Shown here in pieces: positions 1 through 10,326 of a stretch of 64,000 nt of DNA. This stretch comes from Takakia lepidozioides (Eukaryota > Plantae > Bryophyta), in NCBI GenBank assembly GCA_030704615.1, contig CM060732.1:44516001-44580000 (forward strand), written 5' to 3'. Both the position numbers and the translations under genes were made by a program. The notes beneath the pieces are model-generated. The model saw only the letters and a list, made by a program, of their open reading frames with translations, had not been told where the DNA came from and searched no databases. Each line of letters begins with the position of its first letter. Within the stretch, counting starts at the first letter, position 1.

Positions 1-770
1 ATCAGTCAACTACCTACCACCATCCATCCACAAATTCCAACAGTATAACACTGATAGGGGGGGCACACAGATGAATACTTAAAACGCCATTCCCATAACG
101 CGGGGCGTTGGCGCACAGCAGTGTCGGGCCCTTCCGAGCATAAGGAACGAAAAGTGGAGAATTAGTACAAGTAAGCTGAACAAGAGCCGTACGCCTTGTT
201 TCACACCTCACGGTGTTTACATCTGCCTAACCACCGGCTTTGTCCCGCTTTGTCAAGCTTACGCTTACCATGATGAAGATTGGACACTATACCGATGGTA
301 GCTCGGCATCGGGAATCTATGAGTTTGTCAACACCCGCTTCGTGAACGAAGTATATAGACGTGAACGAAGGCTCATTTACATAGCTAATTAAAGAATCGT
401 TCCCTACGGAAACTACTCAAAGTCGTTTAAGCTCTTGTTGGAGCCTCCAGTGATGAAAGTCTCTCTGGGCAAACTCGCTTTGTTGGGCTGTGTCGTCAAT
501 TTATTAGGAGAGCCTTCATCTAAGTCTTGGCTCGTGCAGCTGTCGCCCAAAATACAATCAATTATCTACCCAATCGATGGGGGGGATTGTACTTGATACT
601 GTCGGGCAGCAAAGCTTACACTTGTTCACTCGTGATGGTTCACCAGGGCCTCTTTCCTCCTCCCTTTTTTGTACCGGTTGTTATGCCAATAGCAGCTTGC
701 TACATTCGATTGCTTGACCTGCGGCTTCGTCCATAGCACTAAAAATAACTTAAACCTAAAGTCCAGTCCG
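1..770 (-). other. Probable nuclear mitochondrial insertion (NUMT), group II intron-like sequence
   Basis: 371-465 is a near-identical inverted copy of 16517-16611, which lies about 180 bp from a nad5 fragment. The minus strand at about 739 begins GTGCTATGGACGAAGCCG, resembling a group II intron 5' end. No credible ORF. Confidence 0.5.
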
Positions 771-1573
771 GCTGGCGCGTAAAGTGGCGTACAGAACCGT
801 TGAGAGCTCTTGTTTTCTCGGTGGAGGAAAAGTACGATCTTGGACTCGCCCCCTTCGCATGACCTAAATAGGTCCTACATCCGCCACCACGTCCGCTCGA
901 CGCAGTTCTTTGACATCCAAGAAACTGCGTTATGCAGATGGAGCGACGTCCCGTGGATAGTGCGGCCAATATGGGGCTGCCACGAGCACTCATGTGAGCG
1001 TCAAGAGCTTGCTATGCTTGCAGTGAAACCATTTCTACCCGCATCAATCTGGGCTGTCAATCCGGACCGCATCCCTACCGTTCAAACCGGGCCCCACCAG
1101 CAAACGTTGGGGCTGGCTGGGGCTGCTGTGGCGGCTCCCCTCGTGCCTCCTGCTAATGCACATTGGAGGCATGTGTGGCCGCCTAGTTCAGTTATGCATC
1201 ACGCCTCCAAAGTTGGCAGGATTCCCCTATGGAAATTAGAGGGGGGGGTGGGATGTATGAGAGTGAGCCCGTTCAGAAATCATTCCATCCGAGGTTGGGT
1301 AACATGAGCACAAGGGCATATTCCCTGAATTTCTGCGATACCCGCCGAATATTCCACAGCGAAACGAAATTGGCGAAACTAACAACTATGCGAAACCAAC
1401 ACATAATTAACAGGTAGCCCCTAAACCTGATGAACATGTAACACTATAGACGTGGTTTTTTCTCGCGTTGTGCTCGCTCGATACCAGCCCATTTTCGTAA
1501 CAAATAGTGGGCGGTGAAATTTCACCTCAAATTTAAGGTCCTCACCCATAGATATTTTCGCACAACAAAACTT

Positions 1574-1730
1574 TGTACCAACCAGCCTAAGAAGAAATCA
1601 CACTGTAGGATAATTTCAGATGGCGAAACACTGTACCAACCAGCCTAAGAAGAAATCACATTGTAGGATAATTTCGCACAGCGAAATTCTGTACAAATCA
1701 GCATGAGAAGAAATCACATTGTAGCTGAAA
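1574..1730. repeat. Tandem repeat, about 58-bp unit, 2 good copies and 1 degenerate
   Basis: tgtaccaaccagcctaagaagaaatcaca(c/t)tgtaggataatttc at about 1574 and 1632; diverged copy at about 1689. Confidence 0.8.
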
Positions 1731-3393
1731 CGATGAATATGTCACTTTTAAAGTCCCCACCCATGTATATTTTCGCAGAGCAATACCCTCTCCCCTAAAA
1801 GCTACAATTACATATTGAGAGATGCATTTGCAGTGCAAAATTCGGATCCATGAAGAGAGGTTGGGTAGTGTGTAGTTAGGATGCTCACGAACATGAAAAA
1901 ATATAAAAAATATTCTTGAGATGCCCAAAGAAAATTGCAAAGCTAAAGAGATTGTACTCACACGACAAAATTAAAAGGAGTATAATATCAAAATTGTATA
2001 AAAATGTGCTCACATGAGCACAAAATCACAACAAATAAGGTTGCGAAGATTCAGCGCATGTAACAGGGAAGTTGATAATTCAAATTGTGTTTGTATAAAT
2101 GTTGTATACAACATGTTTCTATGTGAGACCTTATATATCTTATCTATAATACACATTTGTTGTCTCACACTAATCACATTTAAAAATGCAATATATATCT
2201 AGGCTTCCCCTAATCCCAATAAAAAAATGTAATTGTACAACTAAATTGATCACTTATCTACTTGATGATATTCGTTGGAAATAACTGAGCTTACAATCAG
2301 TAGTCTGCATTTTCATAAGAAACGTGCATTTCATAAGACCAGTAAAGTACTGCAACTGTGTATGACTACATTCACGATAACTTATGATGTTTGAAAATAA
2401 TGGAAACTGAAAGTTTTCTTGGGGTTTATCGCAAAGAGGCCATCACTCTCAGTGTCACTCTCACCAAAGATGTTTATTATGGACATGAGTTTGGATAGCT
2501 AAAAAAGACAACTAAGGCCTGGCATGGTAACTCCGTACAAATGTTGCAGATTCCAACCACGAAACGTCGAGGCTAAGCTATCCGGACAACGGTCCCAACA
2601 TGCGAACAAAACTCACTTAGCATGAATCTCTCGCCAAAACCATAATCAAATGAATAGACCAACCTCAACAAGGAATAGGCTCATTTGATTGCTAAAACTT
2701 ACTCACAAAGACCCGTCTTCCGGAGATGCAGATTTCTCTTGGTCATCTTTCATGTTAAGCATAGTGTCGATAAATGCAAGAGATGCTAATCTTGACTTTT
2801 GACTATCTCTATCTCCATCATCCTCCCTGCCATGATGTACCTGCAAACCCTCTGATACGAAGGACACCAACTCCGTCTCTGCCTCCAGCGTGCACAAATT
2901 TTTGTCTGCCTTGCGAGCCGCCACCATAGAGGCCCCTACGAATCCAAATATTCCACAATTGAGACAAACATTCTATCCACATACACATAACACAAAAATG
3001 CTTCAAACACAAATGATATGTACACATGTTCCTACAGTGAAGTCGAATACACACCCCCCCAACGATGAGCAAATCTCCATAAGAATTTGCATAAAGTTCG
3101 GGCTCTTCTCCTTCGACCCACACTAATAACCTCCACCATTTTCCCTCTCTGTCAGGATCTCGTAGGCACGTGATTAAATATCACATTGTACTTGACATGG
3201 TCGTACAGAGAGTCCACGAAAGATCCCCTGTTCGAGAACACAAACTTGGACTTTGATTTCACAAGGCAGAATGTCGAGAACAAGTTCATGAATGTCCTCA
3301 GATTGACCTCTACCCATCTATGCATACAAATCCAAACCCGCTACATTGGTTTAAATCCAAATATGACATAGCAACAAAACCCATCCATCGACC

Positions 3394-3709
3394 TGTCAAG
3401 TTATTTTACCACTAGTGTGAAACTAGCTAGGAAATAACTAGCTTTTACATATTGACATTTGGGATTGGCCCAAGTGTCAATCCAGGGGTCAAGGCAGATT
3501 TAGGCCCTGGAGTGGTTATCTTCACGACAAGCGCGGGAGGCTCATCTTTCTCGAGTTGAGTCTCACCGCGCCTAGCTATGGCGCCGTAGTGTGGATTCCC
3601 CATGGCGTGGGGTGCACTTGGCTTGACTTGTATTTGAGTGATGAGGTTATATATGCATGAGTTTATGCTTCAGCTTTGTGAGCTCGTGCTTGTATTCTTC
3701 TTCTTTATA
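3394..3709 (+). repeat. 5' terminal repeat B1 of element copy 1
   Basis: Direct repeat of 14176-14491 with a few substitutions. Confidence 0.95.
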
Positions 3710-3725
3710 CTCGAGAAAGATTAGC
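3709..3725 (+). promoter_or_regulatory. Putative self-priming primer-binding site
   Basis: actcgagaaagattagc immediately follows B1 and is the reverse complement (16/17) of gctcatctttctcgagt at 3540-3556 inside B1. No TGG-type tRNA PBS. Confidence 0.65.
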
Positions 3726-4399
3726 TCGTATCTGTAAGTGCCAGATACGAGTTAGTTGTAGCACTTGTGGTTTTTGCTTGAGAATGAGAGAAACCAGGTT
3801 GTTATGCAAGGAGCACCGTGGAGCTCTTGGTTGTTAGAAGCGGAGGCAATGTGGGTTACGAGGTAGTAGACCTTGGCATTCAATCTTCAGCTTCAGAGAT
3901 GAAAGCACCATGCTGGAGGTAATTCCAAAGCACCTTGATGGTTTCAGATTGTGTACATGCATGAGCAAGCACGATTGGGAAGAGGACCAGTCAAGAGCAG
4001 GTTAGAGTGGCTTTGGTGGCAAAGCTGAGAACTGGACTTGGGAATGCGAGCTTTCATTGTGTGAAGGATTGCAAGACCAAGCGAAAGGGCTGATTTGGCT
4101 TGGGGCAAATCAGTGCACTTTGTGGAGTATGTTGAGATTGGGTTTCAATCTCGAGCTTCAGCATTGAGAGGGCTCTTGTCATGGCAAGAGCAGGGCTGGA
4201 ACAGGAGTTAAGAGGTGCGGCAAGGCCATGGAATGTGCACCTAGGGTTTCAGAGCTTGGAAGAAGAGCTCTTGCACCACAAGAGGAGTGTCTTGTGGCTG
4301 GAAATGTAAGCCTTAGGGTTTCAGGAGCTTGGCAAAGGCTGTGGAGTGCTTAGTCTTGTCTTAGAGAGCATCAAGGAGCTAAGGAGCCAAGATAGGGGG

Positions 4400-4815
4400 T
4401 TGATACATCTTGTGTGAAGAGGTTGCATGTGTGGAGCATGTATTCAGCTCATCGAAGCTTCCATCTTCAAGCTTGGAGGGCAAGCAAGGAAGAGGGAAGG
4501 GCTGACTTCCCTTATGTGAGAGCAATGCATGTGTAGAGCATGCTTTCAGCATGTTGAAGGCTTGTACTTTCAGGTTTGGGAGTGCAAGAAAGGAAGGAAG
4601 GGGCTGGTTTCCCTGTAGGGTATGTGTGGAGCATGCTTCCAGCCCGCTGAAGCGTGTATTTTCAGGTTGGTGGGTGCAAGAAAGAAAGAAAAGGGGCTGA
4701 TTCTCTTGTGGTGAGAGTGGGGCATGTGTGGAGCATGCCTTCAGTCCATTGGGCTTTTGTTTTCAAGCTTTAGAGAGCTAAAATGGAAGGGCTAGGGCTA
4801 GGGCTGGTTCCCACT
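4400..4815. repeat. Degenerate tandem repeat, about 100-bp unit x4, in the 5' leader of element copy 1
   Basis: Recurrent (g)catgtgtggagcatg..ttcag..ttca(a/g)g(c/t)tt..gggctg blocks at about 4425, 4527, 4621 and 4722. Confidence 0.7.
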
Positions 4816-6494
4816 TGGGTGAAACAGGCCACTCATGACAGTTTAGCCATTTCTCCAAGGGGTTTAGCCACGCGAAGCTAGGGTTTGTGTCTCTTGGACT
4901 CTAGGCTTCTTTGCACCGAGCTATGGCGGCTGTGAAGAAATCAGCAAGGTATTCTTGCTCTTTCGACTCCCACACACCACCAACAGTAGCCCTAAGCCAT
5001 GAGGAAGATGGCTGCCACAAACCAAGCCTTCTTTCTCACTTAGACTCCCCAAACACGCCACTAAACTCAATGGCAAACAACCAAGCCTTGCTGGTTTCCA
5101 GCCTCATGATGGGAAAGAACACCCAGCAATTCTGCAACCACATGTTCTACGTCTGGGACGACAACCACCGATTGCTAGCATGGATGAGATACATCTAGAA
5201 ATACCATGCGAGAGACAAAGACAAGCATGTTGCTGTGGAGGCAATGGTTTTGGATCCAGGAAACGACATCGCTAGGCTTCTTACAGCTATGCATGACGTG
5301 AACAAGTAAGTCATCCTAGAGACTTCATTCCCTCTGTAGTGTCTTGTTAATCCCAAAAAAACAGTGTTAAGGAATGCAATGTTTCCAATGTTTTTGCAGA
5401 TCGACAGAGAAATCGCATGTGACAACAAGCTTGGTCCACACACTATTCCGAATTCAGAGGATTGGTCTGATGAAGCTGGATGAATTTCGGACAGTACTCC
5501 CCCCCAATATAATTAAGAAGTGCGAAACAGGAAGAGCTGCAGGCACTTGGTATTCTTTGACTCGAGAGGCGTTTCTGGAGTACATGTATGCGGTAAGCCC
5601 GAGTCTGTACTCAGTTTACTTTTCGAATACATATTTGTAGTCCCTTCGGTGCTAATCACTATTTGAATCAATGCAGCAAGAACTGGCAGAGGCAGCTGAG
5701 AAGGGAAAATCCAAATATTACCGCACTACACCAGAGGAACTAAGGACATCAAAGGGTGTGGAAGTATCAATAAAAAAGGAGTTTGAAATGCGAAGAACCA
5801 AATTGATGTCCGCCTTCGGAAAGCAGCTTAGAATAGTAGATCCTGGACTTGGTTCTGAGTTCCTTCAGTAGATCAAATCTCACTATGACAAGCATGTGCA
5901 TCCGGAGATGCAGCAGGAAAAATTGCACCGGCTGGCCATATCCATGGTCGACCCACAAACAAAAATAAGGTGGCTGGAGATATGGAACTCAAATCAGACA
6001 GTAAAGGACTTGAATCAGTTCCCAAAGAGCACCATACAGCCTGACACAAAGGTGGAAGGAATCAGTGATTTGGTGTTTGATAACTGGCTCCACAAGGCTA
6101 CATTTTGGAGTGAGGTGTGTATTCAAATAAGCCGTTTTCTTTTCTTCAATTATGTGATGAGTATCTTATTTGCAATACTGACAAATATATAATTTGCAGC
6201 TCGAAAATCGCGTCGTCATTGTGCTGGATCAGACTTTGAAGGACTTGAACATTTCGATTGTTTCCCCTCCTCAAATGTCATTGGAGGCATACATAAGGAA
6301 GTGGAGAGGTCTCACCTGGAGATACTGTTTTTTCCGGGAGTTCTCCAAAGATGGTAACATTTTACGGTCCAACGACTTTGACAGTCAGGTTGGAGGAGAG
6401 TGGGCCATGATGCGAGTTGTGTACATGTGCAATATCATACTGGAAACTCTACTGCACTTTTTGGGAAATAATTTGGCTTCATAAGGATTGTAAT

Positions 6495-7290
6495 CATAGA
6501 TCCAAATTGAATGTCGTTGACGACATTCACTTCTTTGTCTGAGTCATTCTTAAGCAAGAATTTGAATTCACGTGGATTAGGAGCTTAGGGTGTAATTAGA
6601 GTGTCCCTGATTAGAATTGGTAATGTCCCTGAATGGCGTTGACGACATTCACATCCAGAGTTGTTAAGAGGTCCTCAGAGTTATGTAAGTTTTTGTAATG
6701 TCCATAGAGTTTACAGTGAGGGTTCCTCACTTCAGTTTGCTGAATATCAATGCAGACATTCAGTTGTGCATTGCTTTTGCCTCTTGCGAGAAATCTTGAG
6801 GCTTGATTAGCTGTGTTATCAAAGATCCAAAGTGAATATCGTTGACGACATTAACTTCTATGTCTGTGTCATTCACCAGCGACAATTTGAATTTACATGG
6901 ATTAGGAGCTTAGGGTGTATTAATTGGTTCCTTGTTCGGAATTTTGTGAATGGCGTTGACGCCATTCACATCCAGTGTTATTATGAGGTCCTCAGTGTTA
7001 TGTTCGTTATGAATGTCCATCGAGTTTTTAGGGAGGGTTCCTTACTCGAGTTTCTGAATGTCGTTGCTGACATTCAGTTTCCATCCAATGATTTTGCTTC
7101 TTTTGAGAAATCATTAGGCTTGATTAGCAGTGTATTCACAAATCCAAAGTGAATGCCGTTGACGACATTCATTTCTATGTCTGTGTCATTCCAAAGCGAG
7201 AGTTTGCATTCACGTGGATTAGGGTGTATTTACAGTATCATTGAATGGAATTTTTTGAATGGCGTTGACGACATTCACGTCCGGAACTGT
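6495..7290. repeat. Intronic tandem repeat, about 320-bp unit x2.5, containing the hairpin gaatgtcg-ttga-cgacattc
   Basis: atccaaa(t/g)tgaat..gttgacgacatt units start at about 6500, 6825 and 7142; the motif recurs mid-unit at about 6638, 6955 and 7264. Confidence 0.8.
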
Positions 7291-8040
7291 CGTGTGGTCC
7301 TGAAAGGTCCTTGGAGCAGTTCTCAGAGCCATTTCATTCCATGTTTTTTTCATTCTGTGCTACTTGCATCTTACTCACTTCGCGCTTTGGTGGGTTGGGA
7401 TTTATCTCCTGTTTAACAGGTACACGAAATATGTGCTTATGGAAGGAAATCACCTGAGCGGTATTCCAGACTATCTTGACATGTGGTCGGACCCTGCAAA
7501 CGATCCAACGTATACTGCAGGGATATTGACGGACTGGAGTCCTTCTCAGTTCAGAGACTGTGGCTGGTACCTTGACTGCCTACCGGAGCACACGACCTTT
7601 CAAGAACAGCACATGAAATATTTGAACAATAATGCTGAGATGCTGGCGCCTCTGACTAACGAAGAGTACCAAAGAAACATAGCAACATTGGCTGCCAAGG
7701 AGCCTGATGCTCAGGAAACGCCGCAGAAGGGAAAGAATGCGGGCCGCAAACCAAAAGACAATGCTCTTGATATCATAGCCATCTCACCAGCAAAGCCAAA
7801 GGACAAAGACAAGTCCAAAGAGAAGGAAAATGACAAGGGGAAGGAGAAAGAAAAGGAGATGGAGAGTGGGCATGACTTCACTGCTGGAAGATATACCCGC
7901 ACAGTTCAGTGCGTGTTCGATGCCAAGCCACACCCTTCCCGTTCTGATTCGGCAGGAGAGATTAAAATTGTCAATGAGGGTTGGCTGGCAATGATGCAGA
8001 GTCGAAAGAGAGGATACACTGGGGTGCCTTTGCCTACCTG

Positions 8041-8486
8041 AGACAACATAATCTCATTCCTCAATCTGGTGAGAATTCCAGTTTATTTCCGTTTTCTCTG
8101 AAAGTTTCATTGGCAGTATTTCAGTCTGGTTCTTTGAAAGCATTCTTGCAGAAGGGAGACGACATACCAGCTGACCAGGGAAACCCCCTTTCACAAGGTA
8201 GAGGCTGTTCACACAATTCCATGTGCGCAAAACTTCAAACCCTGAAGACTTCAGGTATGATGCCAATGCCCGACAACTATCTTTGTCACATGACTGAAAA
8301 AGCAGAAGTGTCCCTACATCAGAGAGGAAATTATTACAGAACCCGAACACCCAACTCCAGTAGTTGTCCTCGAATTTGTTCCAGCCTGGCGTCTTGCCCT
8401 TTGGAAGAACTTCTGGCACAGCCTGGCCATCCGGGATGTCGAGAATGACAATGTCAGCCGCATATGTTTTCTGCACACCGCACACG
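8041..8486. other. 446-bp inversion inside the ParB-MTase-like gene
   Basis: Bounded by imperfect inverted 8-mers cctacctg (8033-8040) and caggtggg (8487-8494). Flipping it joins ORF 7364-8040 in frame (..VPLPT-CVCGVQKTYAADIVILD..) and supplies a GTATGT donor in phase with the acceptor at 8700. Confidence 0.85.
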
Positions 8487-10326
8487 CAGGTGGGACCTAT
8501 GCTCACCTGCAACAGACATGTTTATTTTAATGAGTTTCAATGTTCTCTGCAGCTCCACTCTAGAAAAATCTGTCATGATCGACACCGATCATCACCGATT
8601 TGTGATAAAAATGATTGTTTTATGCCTGAGTTCTGAATAGCCGATGTACACACTTCCACTATGGATTGTGTTTACCACACTAACTTGCTATCTTTGGCAG
8701 ACGAGGATGTTCGAGGCGATCTGCCTGCGGAGGATTCGCACCTCAAAGACACCATCCTCCATCCGCAGCTTTGAGATTTCTGACCAGGGTTGTTTCGTCA
8801 ACCCCCCCTATGAGCCGCATGTCGATGACATTTTGTACAACTTCATGCAGTCCAGTCAGACTCTGAAGAGACCAGATGGCACTCCCTAGAGAGGTGCAAA
8901 GGAAAAATCCCCAGCGTTCATGCAAATACTGCTGGAGTCATGCAGCCACCATTCTGCACGGGTGGTCGATCTTTCTGTGTCCACAGGTTCGTTCTCTCCC
9001 TTCCGAATTGATTTTCTTTCACCAGTTCCATCTGCTTAAATCCCCCCCACCAAACTGTTCATGTCCTCCTGTCTGGTGCAGGAGCAACTTACCATGCATG
9101 CAAGGCAGGCGGAAGAAGCTTTTTTGGCATGGAGGGTGATTTTGACCTCTACAACACAGTGCTCCTCCCCCTTTTGTCTGGCTCCACTTCAGGCACACAG
9201 ACTGATCGGATTCAAATTCGAAATGATGACGATCCCGAAGATAAGCAGGTCGACAACGACTTTTCATGTGAGTAAGTGCTAAACCCACTTTGGGAGTCAT
9301 ACTCAATTTCTCAATAACATCAAAGTTACAGTAATAACTTTTTCATGTTGTCTTTCAGGAAAGGCAGCGGTGGATCTTCAGGAGATACAGTCATTTATGG
9401 CGAGTCTGTTTTCGACAGCCCCCTTTCCAATTTTCTGCTTCCTGATTATGCCGAAGCAATGGCACTTCACGCGGCCGAGTCCCTATCCCCTGAATTTTTA
9501 CTGCCCGGCCGTAGGTGTAGCCAGCGTAGATCCGGAGTTCTTAAATACTTAGACTGAGATGCAGAGGAAGCGGGGATACATTGTACTGACTCTGAGTCAG
9601 ATTGAACTATGTTCTTTTAATATTCTGTTTCATCCTCTTTGGAAAACGTTGAATCCCCTTCCTCCACCGTAGTTGTTCTTTTGGAAAGAAAAATAATCAA
9701 AGAATCAACTACCATTTAAATTGCAGTATGTATGAATCCATCTCACAAACCTCTCTCACTCTTGTCATATCCATTGTGCTTTCATCTACAGTGTATTCAT
9801 GCGTGCTCCATTCATGAATATTTTCCTTTGTTCAACATCCATTGTACATTCATCCTCTGTACTCTCTAATCCACCCCACAAACCTACCACACTCATGCCA
9901 TGTACGTTGTGCATTCGTCTAAAGTTTTAGTCATGCATCTTCCTGTCATGAATGTTTTTCATTGCTCAACATCCATTATACATTCATCCATTTGACTCTT
10001 ATCCATCTCTCATTCATCCATCTACATTCATTTTTCACACTCATCCATCTGTTTATCATCCAACTGTACATTCATCCATCCTTTATTCATCTGTTGCTTT
10101 CAGGTGGGAATGACCACTGCCTTTTATTATGTCGTCCAGCTTGTTTCCACGGTAAAGGGTGCCAATCCGCGGGAATACACTCCACTTCTTCCTAGGCACG
10201 TGGTGACGCGGTCTTCAAGTGTGATGACGTGGAGTGAGCCCCATGATGTGGCATTGGCGCAAGGTGACGTGGCGTGAGCGCAGTTGCGCTCACGTGACCA
10301 GGCTCATGCCGAGGCATCCCTGCACA

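Larger units (their letters stand above)
5110..9557 (+). pseudogene. Multi-exon gene with a ParB/Srx-like N-terminal motif and a C-terminal beta-class (N6-A/N4-C type) methyltransferase-like domain (copy 1; 5'-truncated, stops, internal inversion)
   Basis: FYVWDDNHRLLAW (5146-5184) resembles the ParB DGxHR motif. GT-AG introns, e.g. 5306-5399 and 8987-9081. ADIVILDIPDG (motif IV position) lies in the inverted segment. KSPAFMQILLESCSHHSARVVDLSVST|GATYHACKAGGRSFFGMEGD matches the KP..L..LI..S....D.VLDPFxGSGTT..AA...GR..IGIE.D pattern of beta-class MTases. Confidence 0.7.

Noticed and set aside
810-1307. 165-aa ORF next to the NUMT
   Set aside because: No recognisable homology or gene structure.
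6495-7290. CRISPR-like array
   Set aside because: Eukaryotic intron; the intervening sequences are themselves repeated and there are no cas genes.
8800-8811. NPPY in FVNPPYEP as the catalytic motif IV of the amino-MTase
   Set aside because: It lies in the variable region between the motif IV-VIII block and motif X, and the paralogue has FVDSLY there; probably coincidental.
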